Shown: piece by piece, positions 10,063 to 20,548 of the stretch
How positions within the stretch are numbered: the first letter of the stretch is position 1
How the letters are laid out: every line of letters begins with the position of its first letter
IMG/VR virus record: IMGVR_UViG_3300043399_000700
DNA: 61,049 bases
Strand: one strand, 5' to 3'
Origin: a virus
Lineage: Duplodnaviria > Heunggongvirae > Uroviricota > Caudoviricetes
Program-made: the position numbers and the translations under genes
Notes under the pieces: model-generated
Database searches by the model: none
What the model saw: only the letters and a program-made list of their open reading frames with translations
What the model was told of the DNA's origin: nothing

Positions 10063-12336
10063 TTACTCTGTGGTGTAGCTTGTTGGCGTTGATTCAAGTT
10101 TCTGAATTTGATCTGGTGTTAAACCTGATGCACTATAATTCCACTGATTGACTTTATCGTTATCAATGACATCGCTGACTGCTTTATCTACGACTGCTCG
10201 ACTAGTAGTGTTAGAAGATCCAAATGTTGATGGATTGAGTCCTTGCTCTGCCGGAGTTAGTTTTTGTTCAACTAAGTCCACAGCGAATTGTGCGTTTCTT
10301 GCAACAATGTTCATTTCAGTGACTAATCCGCTTGATATGTCAATGTTGTCCAACCACGATTTAGTTCTATCTAAGCCGTATTTGGTAGCTACTTGCACTA
10401 TTGGTGCCATTACATTAGCGGCTTCAGAACCTAACAATAATCCTGCAGCTTTAGTTTCCTCGTAAGCAGCTTGATACAATGAATATTGAATTGTATCTTG
10501 TAGTGCAGAATCGTTGAGAACTTGCGCCAAAGCTGTTACTCCGGCCTTGCCTGTCCAAACCACTGGAGAACTTATAATGTCTAAGTAATCTGGATTGCCT
10601 TCGATATAAATCTCGACTGTACCGGGTTTGAGATAGCCACCAGCTTCGAGCTGTTGCGGACTAAAGCCGTACTTACCCACACCCTTTTCGAGACTAACTT
10701 CGTCAAACGGTTGATCAGTTTCTTTGATCATTTGTGCTGCCATGCCTGTTACTTGTTGAGGATTGATTGTTGCAGTACCTAAGCTAAACTCTGCTTGTGG
10801 TTGCTTTGCGTAATCACCTGCGTCGATTGTAGCAGTTGGTGTTTCTGTCTTAATTTCTTCTGTCTTTGCTGCAACCTTAGGTGTTGGCTCGGTCGCTTCA
10901 GCAGGACTTAGGCTCGTAGTTGCAGTTGTACCTTTGTTATGATACGGATAAGGTTCGTGTGTTGGAGCACGAGTTGCAATAGTTTCAATCTTACCTTGTT
11001 CAACCACCCAACCAGTTTTATCTTTAAAAACTGTGTTAGGAAGTTTATTCACTGTAATAGCCTTAGGCTTATTAACGCTTGGTGCCTTGCCGCCATTTAG
11101 TGCAATACATCCTGCACTTAATGTCATGTTAGAACCACCATTAAATGTGCCGCTCTTAGAACCGTCTAGGCAAAGTGCTCCGTCGCTTTTAAGACCAATA
11201 TACTTGTCGCTACCAGCAATTAGCGCATTTTTACCTGTTAGGTTTAGCATTTCGCTTTCGATGTTAAACTGCTTCTTGCCATACATATTAAGCATGCCAT
11301 TGGCATTAATGTTAATATTTTTATCAGCATGGATGTTAATGTCACCTTGGCTGCGCATGTTAATAGAGTTTGAGCTGTAAACATCAATGGTGCCTTCCTG
11401 GCCAAACTCTAACCATGTTTGTCCGTTAGCATGAATAATGTAAAAACAATCACCAGAGTCACTCATTAAAATTTGATGGCCTTTGGCTGTGCGAATACGA
11501 ACTTGGGCATCTTGTCCCTTTAGGTCGCCGTCGTCCATAACAAAACTGTGTCCACCTTTACGTCCTAATATCTTTGCTTGCTCAGGAGTAACTTCATTCT
11601 TTTCAAGTTTTGTTTGAATGTCTTTGTCAGGAAGTCCGCCAGCGTAGATTGGACGGCCAGGTGTTGAAAATCCAAATACTGTACTTGGCGATTCACGTTG
11701 ACTATTTGAATTAATTGTTCCACGAATTGGGTCAGTCACTAAGCCCTGTTGTAGCAATGTACCCGCTACCACTGAGTGCACTGGCTTTTTCTGATCAAAG
11801 AATCTTGGGTTTTCATCAATGCCTTGATTGCCAGCATTAATTTCTGTTACTGGTAATCGACTTGCACCTTTAAAATAGGTGTCTTGATTTTTGTTATCAA
11901 GGTTGTAGTTTGCGGTTGCTCCAATTGCTGGCAACATATGATTCAAGCCAGGCTGTATAACACTTCCGATATAGTAACCTTGGTTTGGGTCGCCAGAAGC
12001 AAAAAAGCAAACAACTTGTGCTCCGATGTCGGGAGTGGTCATCCACATGCCGTAGCTTTGTGGGTTACCAACATAATTACCTGTACCTTGTGTTGTGCCT
12101 GTTTGTCCAACGCCACCATAAAATGGGCTAACATAACTTACAGTACGCCATAAACTTTGATCTTGTTTATTCGATCCTGCAAAATCTTCAATCCACACTT
12201 GTACACGACCCGACCGTGTTGGGTCAACATTATTCATTACCTCGCCTAGGTACGGACCTGATTCAGCTGGTGCGCCACCGCGATCAAGTTTATACCCTGC
12301 TGGGCGGCCTTTACTTCTTTGTACGTTTTCTGCCAT
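10063..12336 (-). CDS. gp5: Baseplate central spike (gp5/VgrG-like) with C-terminal lysozyme-like extension
   Basis: OB-fold start GEVMNNVDPTRSGRVQVWI...PDIGAQVVCFFASGDPNQGYYIG; beta-helix GHSFVMDD...RIRTAKGHQILMSD...INMRSQGDINIHADKNININA. Confidence 0.8.
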   Translation of the reverse strand: MAENVQRSKGRPAGYKLDRGGAPAESGPYLGEVMNNVDPTRSGRVQVWIEDFAGSNKQDQSLWRTVSYVSPFYGGVGQTGTTQGTGNYVGNPQSYGMWMTTPDIGAQVVCFFASGDPNQGYYIGSVIQPGLNHMLPAIGATANYNLDNKNQDTYFKGASRLPVTEINAGNQGIDENPRFFDQKKPVHSVVAGTLLQQGLVTDPIRGTINSNSQRESPSTVFGFSTPGRPIYAGGLPDKDIQTKLEKNEVTPEQAKILGRKGGHSFVMDDGDLKGQDAQVRIRTAKGHQILMSDSGDCFYIIHANGQTWLEFGQEGTIDVYSSNSINMRSQGDINIHADKNININANGMLNMYGKKQFNIESEMLNLTGKNALIAGSDKYIGLKSDGALCLDGSKSGTFNGGSNMTLSAGCIALNGGKAPSVNKPKAITVNKLPNTVFKDKTGWVVEQGKIETIATRAPTHEPYPYHNKGTTATTSLSPAEATEPTPKVAAKTEEIKTETPTATIDAGDYAKQPQAEFSLGTATINPQQVTGMAAQMIKETDQPFDEVSLEKGVGKYGFSPQQLEAGGYLKPGTVEIYIEGNPDYLDIISSPVVWTGKAGVTALAQVLNDSALQDTIQYSLYQAAYEETKAAGLLLGSEAANVMAPIVQVATKYGLDRTKSWLDNIDISSGLVTEMNIVARNAQFAVDLVEQKLTPAEQGLNPSTFGSSNTTSRAVVDKAVSDVIDNDKVNQWNYSASGLTPDQIQKLESTPTSYTTE

Positions 12337-12351
12337 ATCTTACTCGCTTAA

Positions 12352-15300
12352 TCAAGGATCATATCCTGCATCATCGTCGGGTGCCATACCAAAATCGGTT
12401 GTTGACGGTAAGCTCGGAGACACCTCATTGTTATTTGCATCTTCTTGTATTGGGTTGCTACTTTCTGCTAATACTGTTCCGGTACCAGTTTGATTTACGG
12501 TACCACCGATGCCACCAGCATCGTCAATAGTATCAGCAACTGCGTTATATGCTGCATAATCAAGAACTTGTTGCTGTTCCTGTGTAGTCATTTCGGCGCC
12601 GCCTGCATCGTCGATTGTGTTTGCAATTGCATTGTAAGCACTAGTATCAAACGTTTGTGCATTTTCAATCGAAGCACCGCTTTGCCCAATTGTTTGACTA
12701 CCGACTCTTGTCTGGCTTGATAATGCTGTATATGCATTATTAATTATTGCGGCGCCACCTGTGCCTACACCTTTATCAAAGTTCTTAATTGTACCAGACA
12801 ATTTTTGTGTAAACTTGCCGCCCTTAAAATATGACTTTACTACGTTGGCTGAATATACAATACTTTCAGATGGTAAATTAGTTTCGCCTGTAGCAGCACT
12901 AAACGCTGTGTTATTTTGAAATACCGGAGTCAATCCAGTACCCAGATTAAAGTCAGTCGGTGCGTTAAATCGTACTTCGTACAGTACTTCGCTGGCTGCT
13001 GCATTAACTGAACCATCTGGCATAAACGAATCAAAAGAAGGGTTTGTGTAAAATACTTCGCTTTGTATTAACCAGTCTGGATCGCCCAGGATTGTAAGTT
13101 CACATTTCATTACATCTTCAGCTGAGTATAAACGATCCGCTAAACTAGCAGCAGGCATTGTTGATGTGCCTTTGGCGCCTTGGCTGGACTCCCCTGGACG
13201 GGTTTGGAACGCACGTTTTTCTGCCCAGCGACCACTAAATGATGCATCAACTGCAACGTCAACACCAACTACCTGTGCATAGTTATAATTAACATCAATT
13301 ACAAAATCTAGTACTTCAGAATTTTGTCCAGTGAACCAATAATTGTAAATTTTATGTACGCCACGATATTTGGCATTGTTAAAATAAGGGCTTCGTGGCT
13401 CATTGATTTGATAAGGAGTGATCACATACTTAAATTTGTAAGCAGAATTTCTACGTTTGCGATCGTAGCCAATGCGTTGAGCAGTACCTTGAATTCTAAA
13501 CCACATTGTGGTTGCCACTGGTTGTTGTTTTTTAGCTTGTTGTGTGTTTTGATCGTAAACGATTGTTTGTTGGTTAGTAATAAAACTACTGTTTCTTAGA
13601 GCTAAATCAATTAACTGAACAACTTGTGTGCCAGCAGTAATATTGTAATTCTTGGTGTTCTTATCGTAACTATTCTTACTCATAAGAAGTCGCTGACTAG
13701 CATTAGTTGATTTTTGCATTGGTGCATTGGTTTTATCTTGCGTGCCTTGCTTAATCAACGTTGCATCAATTAACCCTGGTAAGTTGTATAATTGAATTTC
13801 GTATTGATCTGCAATTTCTTGCTGACCTTTTTTAACAAGATCTTGTTGGTGTTGATTTAGTGCTGCGGCTAAACCTTGTGTTACTGTTTGTGTTGCTCCA
13901 GCAGCGGTGGCTTTCTGCGGTGCCGTGGTTGTGGTATTAGTTGTAGGGGCAGCTCCTGTAACCGGAGCTGCGCTGGCCGCAGCAGCAGCTGGTGCTGAAC
14001 CTGTGGGTGTAGTTGTGGTATTAGCCTGTGTTTGTTGATCGGTCGAATACGCTACTGGTCCATTGAACAGAGTTTTTAAATCAGGAGCAACCAACTCAAA
14101 GTTAAACGGAATAGTACCACCAAAGGTGCTACTAAACATAGTGTTAGATTGGGTAACTACTGCAGTCACATCGTATTCAACACCCTTGCTGCTAATCTGA
14201 TATTGCAAATCACCAATGGTAAAAGGGATCCACTTTTCTGAAATGGCATTCTTGTCAGATCCAAAGAACGATGAGTTCAATCCTAACTGTTCACCGGTAA
14301 CCAATTTTCCTTCTTGGTCGTATCCGTAAAATCTAATAATCATCACATAGTTTTGATTAATTGCAGTTGACGGAACATTACCTAATTTTGAGTATTCACG
14401 AACAGCACGATCAAGTCGATTCAACAAAGTAATACCGTTTACTTCGCTAATACGAAATTTCATTTTTGTAACGTTGTGTGCAGCGCCAGTGCCTTGAGTT
14501 CCGACAAGGCTTTCTAATTCAATGTCGTCGATATAAAAGTCGACATCAAAGTATCGATTACGCTGGTTTGCAACTGTACTGCTATTGATGCCTCCGCTTT
14601 GAATAATCAGTGAATTTGGAGGGAACGCAATCTTTTGTCCATTAATGATTGCTTGGTTTTCTGCTTCGCTCAACATATAGATTGAAATGCTATAAGTTTG
14701 CGATGATAAACTAGCCAACTTATTAGGTGTGGCAACAATTGGTGCTGTAAACCCAGGAGGAATCACCGGGCGGCCGCTGCCACCAATGCTAGTAGTTGTG
14801 CCGATTGATGTTTTAAATTGATTAATCCAGTCGTCGGGCGCAGCACAAACTCCGTTTTGAATTGCCGATGCTGGAACTGGAACTCGTGCGCCACCAACAT
14901 CTTGTGATGCGCCGCCGGTGCCGTTTGGTCCAAGGTCTGTGTTATTAGATAAGTCAGTACGTTCAGCATTTGAATCATTGCTAGCACTTGATCTCGGTAT
15001 TACATTATCTTCGTTGTCAATTACTAAAGGATTTGCAGGAGGGTTTTGTACGTCGGCACTTTCTGCGTTAACAGCCTGTTGTTCTTGAACAATAGCACCG
15101 GCAGAATCATCAGACAACGCTTGTGTTGATTGTACTGTTCTTGACGTAAACTCGCCTTCGGATGCTTGCAACATCAATGTAGTCGATGTATTGCGAAGAT
15201 CATTAATACCCGAGGTTAACTTAAAATAAGTTTGTTCTAATGAAGTAACATCAGCCTGGCGTCCAGGTGTGTCGGCTTGTGGCTTCATTAGATTTGTGTA

Positions 15301-15567
15301 TTCGTATCCAGCATCTGCACTAGATTGTGCGTAGCCTAAAAACGTATTAACTTGCGGATATATTGCTGTGGCGCGATAAAAATTTAAATCTGTAATTGCT
15401 GCGCCCATGCTACCTGTTAAATTACGAGCTTGATTTAATTGTTGTTCTGACTGTTCGTATGCACTAACCGCTGATGTTTTATTTTGATCAAATGTGCCAG
15501 ATGCTGCTTGGCGCATTGCATAATTCCACGATGGAGATCCAGGACGACCGTAGGGAAGATTTGCCAT
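12352..15567 (-). CDS. Baseplate hub protein (gp27-like), 1071 aa
   Basis: Lies between the spike and gp53-like genes. Hub-like segments (PNKLASLSSQTYSISIY, FYIDDIELES, CELTILGDPDW) with low-complexity linkers. Function inferred. Confidence 0.55.
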   Translation of the reverse strand: MANLPYGRPGSPSWNYAMRQAASGTFDQNKTSAVSAYEQSEQQLNQARNLTGSMGAAITDLNFYRATAIYPQVNTFLGYAQSSADAGYEYTNLMKPQADTPGRQADVTSLEQTYFKLTSGINDLRNTSTTLMLQASEGEFTSRTVQSTQALSDDSAGAIVQEQQAVNAESADVQNPPANPLVIDNEDNVIPRSSASNDSNAERTDLSNNTDLGPNGTGGASQDVGGARVPVPASAIQNGVCAAPDDWINQFKTSIGTTTSIGGSGRPVIPPGFTAPIVATPNKLASLSSQTYSISIYMLSEAENQAIINGQKIAFPPNSLIIQSGGINSSTVANQRNRYFDVDFYIDDIELESLVGTQGTGAAHNVTKMKFRISEVNGITLLNRLDRAVREYSKLGNVPSTAINQNYVMIIRFYGYDQEGKLVTGEQLGLNSSFFGSDKNAISEKWIPFTIGDLQYQISSKGVEYDVTAVVTQSNTMFSSTFGGTIPFNFELVAPDLKTLFNGPVAYSTDQQTQANTTTTPTGSAPAAAAASAAPVTGAAPTTNTTTTAPQKATAAGATQTVTQGLAAALNQHQQDLVKKGQQEIADQYEIQLYNLPGLIDATLIKQGTQDKTNAPMQKSTNASQRLLMSKNSYDKNTKNYNITAGTQVVQLIDLALRNSSFITNQQTIVYDQNTQQAKKQQPVATTMWFRIQGTAQRIGYDRKRRNSAYKFKYVITPYQINEPRSPYFNNAKYRGVHKIYNYWFTGQNSEVLDFVIDVNYNYAQVVGVDVAVDASFSGRWAEKRAFQTRPGESSQGAKGTSTMPAASLADRLYSAEDVMKCELTILGDPDWLIQSEVFYTNPSFDSFMPDGSVNAAASEVLYEVRFNAPTDFNLGTGLTPVFQNNTAFSAATGETNLPSESIVYSANVVKSYFKGGKFTQKLSGTIKNFDKGVGTGGAAIINNAYTALSSQTRVGSQTIGQSGASIENAQTFDTSAYNAIANTIDDAGGAEMTTQEQQQVLDYAAYNAVADTIDDAGGIGGTVNQTGTGTVLAESSNPIQEDANNNEVSPSLPSTTDFGMAPDDDAGYDP

Positions 15568-15570
15568 TGA

Positions 15571-15870
15571 TTAGAACCCTAGTACTGTTTGTAGTGTCGC
15601 AATCTTAGGCAAATAAATTCTTGTGCCTTTAACAAATGACCCAAGCGGATCAACTAAGGCATTTGGATTACGCTGTGCAAATACCCACCATAAACCTGCG
15701 TCACCGTATAAGTCAAAGGCTAATAGGTCTGGACGCAAATGATAAGTTTCATTGATGATAAAAGTAATATCGTCGGATTGCTTTGGAATAGGACGATTTA
15801 CCCAGTTACTGAGATAGAAATTAACAACCGGTGTTGTAAAATAAGGACTGGTAGCATTATAATTTGCCAT
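15571..15870 (-). CDS. gp53: Baseplate wedge protein gp53-like (LysM-related)
   Basis: RPDLLAFDLYGDAGLWWVFAQRN...IYLP. Start placed at ATG 15870, which overlaps the upstream stop as TAATG. Confidence 0.75.
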   Translation of the reverse strand: MANYNATSPYFTTPVVNFYLSNWVNRPIPKQSDDITFIINETYHLRPDLLAFDLYGDAGLWWVFAQRNPNALVDPLGSFVKGTRIYLPKIATLQTVLGF

Positions 15871-17435
15871 TACCAATAACCTCCCTTGAGCAAGTTGCCA
15901 TTGGCAAATTTTTGTAAACTAAACTGTTTGCTAACTTGTTGGCGACTCATCATCGGCAACAATGTAAGTGTAATTGTCATCTTAGTAGGCACATAAGTTG
16001 ACTCGTTTAATCCTAGATTTGGCGGCGATGGCGGAATGTTCATAGCACCATTTAACAATACTTGTGCATTGTTGCTGCCAAAGCCAATGCCAACCGATTG
16101 CGCTGAGCCAGTTAGTCGTGCCCATATAGCACTTAGGTCAAAACCTGATTGTGTGTAACTTAAACTACGGCGCCACATCATTTGTCCACCTGTGGTTGTT
16201 TGTTTACCACGTGCACGAATGTAGTCAACATCATTAGGTAAGTTAAAAGCAAAGTTGCTAATAGCACAAGCATTTTCAGCGAACTGATATTGACCAAGCC
16301 CTGATAAGAAAACCAACGGCGGTGGTGATCCACGATACTTGTCCTGACCATAGAACATTTTTGTACAGGCTTTAAAGAATGTAATGACTGCTAGCAAATA
16401 ATCTGCTTCAGCAGAATCTTGTGCCGTAAAATCAGCAGTTAGTGTCACTTCACCGACACGACTACCTTTGTAAAAGTAACCGCGATAGTTTGAATGTGTT
16501 AGGTCGTAAGGGCTGTAGTCTGCTGAATAGTTTGTAGCTATCGTTGGCATGTATGGAAATATTACGCCGTCGGTTGCACGAAGTGGAGAGAGGACGCCTG
16601 GGTCAACATCTTTATACAAATAATTTGCACTAGGCGCCAAACGTAATCGTACACGCCAGTCGCCAAGTTTAGATCCTGCACCTTGGTTACGCTGTTCAGC
16701 AACAGTTTGTTGCTGTTGCAACAACGAAGTTGCAATCGCTGCCTGATTAGCTTGTTCTTGTGCATAGGTAGCATTAGGCCCAAAGTTAGCTTGGTTAATT
16801 GTAGGCTCTACTGGATTCTGATAACTTGTTCCTGTGCCAGGGGGATTAGTATTATACTGCTCTGCTAATTGTCCTGCTTGATACGCTGACAGATCCATGG
16901 CCATAACATCGCTAGGATTGGCAGTATTGTAAACATACCAAGAACCGTTTTGCGGATCTTGAGCGATCGAATACGAACCGCCAACTGTAGCAGCATTATA
17001 ATTTTGAACGGTGGGCTCTTCTACCAAAGGCGTTGTTTCAGCAATAATTACTTGCCCTTCAACCGATTGTATTCGTAGGTTAGTGCCTTCTTCTGATGTG
17101 GTCGCAGCGTTATATGACGATGCTGTTGCGCTATCTTCTCGTGGAGTAAAATTAACAGCAATAGCATCATCGTTAGCTGTTAGTGTAGGGACGCTGGCGC
17201 TGGTTTCCGTAGCGGGCTGAGAAACTGTTTGTACGCCGCCTTGTGCATTAATAGTTGCTTCGTTGGCTAGTGCAATTATTTCTGAGTCAGTGCGGCCAGA
17301 TTGAACAAAATTTCTAGCAACTGAATATACAGGCGTTTCGTAGATTTGTTTGCCACTGGCGTTATCAACAACTCCGTAGATAAACTGCCCATTAGCTGGA
17401 TTCTTAGTAATCGTTAGTGACAAATTGCTGGCCAT
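15870..17435 (-). CDS. Tube-initiator / baseplate tube-cap protein (gp48/gp54-like) with long N-terminal extension
   Basis: C-terminal half GVIFPYMPTIATNYSADY...THSNY...FTAQDSAEADYLLAVITFFKACTKMFYG...PPPLVFLSGLG...VPTKMTITLTLLP is tube-fold-like; head of the baseplate operon. Confidence 0.6.
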   Translation of the reverse strand: MASNLSLTITKNPANGQFIYGVVDNASGKQIYETPVYSVARNFVQSGRTDSEIIALANEATINAQGGVQTVSQPATETSASVPTLTANDDAIAVNFTPREDSATASSYNAATTSEEGTNLRIQSVEGQVIIAETTPLVEEPTVQNYNAATVGGSYSIAQDPQNGSWYVYNTANPSDVMAMDLSAYQAGQLAEQYNTNPPGTGTSYQNPVEPTINQANFGPNATYAQEQANQAAIATSLLQQQQTVAEQRNQGAGSKLGDWRVRLRLAPSANYLYKDVDPGVLSPLRATDGVIFPYMPTIATNYSADYSPYDLTHSNYRGYFYKGSRVGEVTLTADFTAQDSAEADYLLAVITFFKACTKMFYGQDKYRGSPPPLVFLSGLGQYQFAENACAISNFAFNLPNDVDYIRARGKQTTTGGQMMWRRSLSYTQSGFDLSAIWARLTGSAQSVGIGFGSNNAQVLLNGAMNIPPSPPNLGLNESTYVPTKMTITLTLLPMMSRQQVSKQFSLQKFANGNLLKGGYW

Positions 17436-17455
17436 TGAAGTGTTCCTTTGTAGTA

Positions 17456-17463
17456 TATTTATT
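17456..17463 (-). promoter_or_regulatory. Late-promoter-like AATAAATA heading the baseplate operon
   Basis: Recurrent TAAATA motif; AAGGA SD lies between it and the ATG at 17435. Confidence 0.55.
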
Positions 17464-17489
17464 CGGGTTAAAAACGGCTAACATAATGA

Positions 17490-17517
17490 TTGACAACAGG
17501 GATTTACATGCTATACT
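17490..17517 (+). promoter_or_regulatory. Sigma70-type promoter for gp55-like gene
   Basis: TTGACA (17490-95), 16-nt spacer, TATACT (17512-17) with extended -10 TG; GGAG SD before ATG 17547. Confidence 0.7.
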
Positions 17518-17546
17518 AACTAGTATATCTACGGAGAACTCTAACC

Positions 17547-18437
17547 ATGGCGGTAGTAACAACAAAAAAAGTAAATTACTTAAACAACAGAGACATATTA
17601 AAAGAGATTCACCTAAGCAAAAACACATTCTGTTCGTACCGAGATCCTAAATTGGACCATCAATACGACATTATTTTGCCTAGTCTGGACAAAATTAATC
17701 AGCGCACAATTGCAGAAGCACGTAGAAATCGTGCCGATCGGTTAAAACGAGAAACTGGCGAAGAACAAAACGAAAAGAAAATTCCGCACACAGACTTAGT
17801 TTTTCGCATTACATGTTGGGACCATATACCCATGGCGCCCAAAAAACTAACCAAAGCACAGCAAGCAAAGAAGAAAAAACTCGAAGATCTAATGGAGTTT
17901 GACGAAGAATTATCCGACGGTTTAGAAGACTTAATCGACGAACCTGTGTTAGATATGAACCATGTTCGACTAAACTTTCCACCGTTTTACCACTATCGCT
18001 TAGACGAAGATAAGAACCCGTTTTTAGTAGGTAAGAGCCACTGGAAAGGTGATTTAGAAACTGGTGAATTCAGCCGTGATCACGGAAAAATGACTAACAA
18101 GTTAGCCACTATGTTTATTAAGTTATGTGAGCGTTATGCCACTCGTTCAAACTGGCGTGGTTATACTTACAACGAAGAAATGCGTGGGCAAGCACTACTA
18201 CAATTAAGTCAAATTGGTTTACAGTTTGATGAGTCAAAATCACAAAACCCATTTGCTTACTATACAGCAGCAATTACAAACTCATTTACTCGTGTGTTGA
18301 ACATTGAAAAGAAGATGCAAAACATTCGAGATGATATTTTGGAAATCAACGGACTTAATCCGTCATGGACTCGTCAGAATAGCCAAATGCAGAACGGCGA
18401 ATCTGGTGAGGTGGTTGTAATTAAATCAGACGAGTAG
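17547..18437 (+). CDS. gp55: Late-transcription sigma factor (T4 gp55-like) with N-terminal extension
   Basis: NWRGYTYNEEM...FDESKSQNPFAYYTAAITNSFTRVLNIEKK matches gp55-family motifs; precedes gp47 and gp46 as in T4-like cores. Confidence 0.8.
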   Translation: MAVVTTKKVNYLNNRDILKEIHLSKNTFCSYRDPKLDHQYDIILPSLDKINQRTIAEARRNRADRLKRETGEEQNEKKIPHTDLVFRITCWDHIPMAPKKLTKAQQAKKKKLEDLMEFDEELSDGLEDLIDEPVLDMNHVRLNFPPFYHYRLDEDKNPFLVGKSHWKGDLETGEFSRDHGKMTNKLATMFIKLCERYATRSNWRGYTYNEEMRGQALLQLSQIGLQFDESKSQNPFAYYTAAITNSFTRVLNIEKKMQNIRDDILEINGLNPSWTRQNSQMQNGESGEVVVIKSDE

Positions 18438-18449
18438 TATAATACCTAG
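18415..18449 (+). promoter_or_regulatory. Sigma70-type leaderless promoter for gp47
   Basis: TTGTAA, 17 nt, TATAAT, 6 nt, ATG(18450); no SD. Confidence 0.6.
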
Positions 18450-19466
18450 ATGGCAAATCTATTTAAAAAAGCACTAGTATTCACTGACATCCATTTTGGA
18501 CTCAAAAGCAATAGTCTTGTACACAACCAGGACTGTTCCCAATTTGTTGATTGGGCGATTCAAACTGCCAAAGAGCAGGGTTGCGAAACTGGATTCTTTC
18601 TTGGCGACTGGCATCACCATCGTGCAAGCATCAACTTACAAACTTTAGACTTTAGTTTACAAAGTTTAGAAAAACTAAGTGCAGCGTTTTCTCAGTTCTT
18701 TTTTATTCCAGGCAATCACGATTTATACTATCGCGACAAACGTGATATTCATGGTGCTGCTTGGGCCAAGCACTTGCCCAATATCCATGTGTGCAACGAT
18801 TGGTTCAACGAAAACGATGTAGTTATTGCTCCATGGTTATGTGGCGATGATCACAAACGTATTCACAAGATGAAGGGTCAGTATATCTTCGGCCACTTTG
18901 AGCTACCTCATTTTAAGATGAATGCTATGGTTGAAATGCCAGATCATGGCGAAATCCAAAGTGAGCACTTTTCAAACTTTGCTGAAGTATATTCTGGTCA
19001 CTTTCACATGCGTCAACACAAACGCAACATTAACTATATCGGCAATGCGTTTCCACATAACTTTGCTGATGCCGGCGATGACAACCGTGGCTGCATGATT
19101 TTGGAATGGGGCAAACCTCCTACATTCCATGCATGGCCAGGGCAACCTACATATCGTGTGTATGATCTAAGCCAGATTATTGATAACGGTGCTGCCTTGC
19201 TCAAACCAAATATGCATGTGCGTGTAGGACTTGACATTGAGATTTCCTACGAAGAAGCAAACTTTATTAAAGAAACATTTATTCGAGACTACAATCTTCG
19301 TGAAATGGCACTTATTCCTAACAAGAAAGGTGCACTCGAAGAAGATATGGCACCCGGAGAGGTTAAGTTCGAATCTGTTGATCAAATTGTAACTGACCAA
19401 ATTACTAAAATCGAATCTGAGTTTTATGATTCTAAACTATTGCTACAAATTTACCAGGCACTATGA
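18450..19466 (+). CDS. gp47: Recombination endonuclease subunit (gp47/SbcD/Mre11-like)
   Basis: Metallophosphoesterase motifs TDIHFG, GDWHH, GNHD, GHF, SGHFH. Confidence 0.9.
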   Translation: MANLFKKALVFTDIHFGLKSNSLVHNQDCSQFVDWAIQTAKEQGCETGFFLGDWHHHRASINLQTLDFSLQSLEKLSAAFSQFFFIPGNHDLYYRDKRDIHGAAWAKHLPNIHVCNDWFNENDVVIAPWLCGDDHKRIHKMKGQYIFGHFELPHFKMNAMVEMPDHGEIQSEHFSNFAEVYSGHFHMRQHKRNINYIGNAFPHNFADAGDDNRGCMILEWGKPPTFHAWPGQPTYRVYDLSQIIDNGAALLKPNMHVRVGLDIEISYEEANFIKETFIRDYNLREMALIPNKKGALEEDMAPGEVKFESVDQIVTDQITKIESEFYDSKLLLQIYQAL

Positions 19467-20548
19467 TTAGAAGTCTAGGATACTCAGAAGATCAAATCAA
19501 TCAGTTTGTCAAAGACCAAGGGTACAATGTACTTGGTGAAATTATGATCGCAACAGTTGATACTAACTGGCACCGACTGTTGGCTTCTTTAGGAAAAATA
19601 AAAAAATCTAGTTACAAAGCCAGCGAAAAATACATTGTTCATCATCAAGACACAGAATATTTCATCGGCAACGTTGCATTTACTATAGAAAACTTTAATC
19701 GAGTCATAAGAGCATTGAATATCGATCCGTGTCGTTTTGTAATCTTTACCAACCATTATGGCAGCACATACAAATGGCTGGAGTACTGCAATCACGAAAA
19801 AAATCAATTCATTGTGGTCGAATCTCCGTGGACCAATTATGTTCGCTGCGAGCAACCAACTAAGCCCATTGCAACAACTAACTGCAACTATCACTTTTCC
19901 TGCATTATGGGCAGAGCAAGAGCACACCGTGACAAGTTATCCCACTGGTTGTTAGAAAATCATCTTGATCAATTAAACCTAGTAGTTTACAATCGTTCCG
20001 ACGATGCACCGACACCCGAAGAAACATTTTCTCAAACAACAGATTCTATCGGCATTAATCACTTTAGTTACTTGTCGCCAATTCCATTTACTAGAATCAA
20101 CGAAGAATGGACTAACTATTCAAAACTTAAATCTAGTTTAATTCCTATAAAGAATTACGAGATTCCACCTTACCAGTTTAGTGATAAATTTGCTTCTCCG
20201 TGGTACGAATCTGTGCTGCTTGACTTAATTACAGAAACTGTGTTTAACTATCCGTATGCGTACATAAGCGAAAAGACTATAAGACCAATTGCTGTTGGGC
20301 GTCCGTTTGTTATAGTCGGTGCGCCGCAAACACTAGACTGGTTACGCAACATGGGCTTCAATACATTTGATCGTTGGTGGGACGAATCCTACGACCAATG
20401 TCAAGATCCAGACTCGAGGTTACAAAAAGTTTTTGCAACCATTGAGCATATTTGCTCAATTCCATTAGAGCAATGCCAACAGATGTTAGAAGAAATGGCT
20501 CCTGTGTTACTGCACAACCAAAAACGCTACGAAGAACTTGCATTTTGA
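19463..20548 (+). CDS. Putative glycosyltransferase-like protein (GT10-like C-terminus)
   Basis: C-terminal LITETVFNYPYAYISEKTIRPIAVGRPFVIVGAPQTLDWLRNMGF..FDRWWDESYD; paralogous to 43799-44866; ATGA overlap with gp47. Confidence 0.45.
   Translation: MIRSLGYSEDQINQFVKDQGYNVLGEIMIATVDTNWHRLLASLGKIKKSSYKASEKYIVHHQDTEYFIGNVAFTIENFNRVIRALNIDPCRFVIFTNHYGSTYKWLEYCNHEKNQFIVVESPWTNYVRCEQPTKPIATTNCNYHFSCIMGRARAHRDKLSHWLLENHLDQLNLVVYNRSDDAPTPEETFSQTTDSIGINHFSYLSPIPFTRINEEWTNYSKLKSSLIPIKNYEIPPYQFSDKFASPWYESVLLDLITETVFNYPYAYISEKTIRPIAVGRPFVIVGAPQTLDWLRNMGFNTFDRWWDESYDQCQDPDSRLQKVFATIEHICSIPLEQCQQMLEEMAPVLLHNQKRYEELAF

Noticed and set aside
12352-12720. Short duplicated peptide YNA.A.TIDDAGG in the hub C-terminus
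   Set aside because: Two copies in a low-complexity tail with no further support for a function.
6189-17435. Bacterial T6SS/eCIS or tailocin locus
   Set aside because: Portal, protease, scaffold, capsid, neck and late sigma genes are in the same window, so this is a phage.
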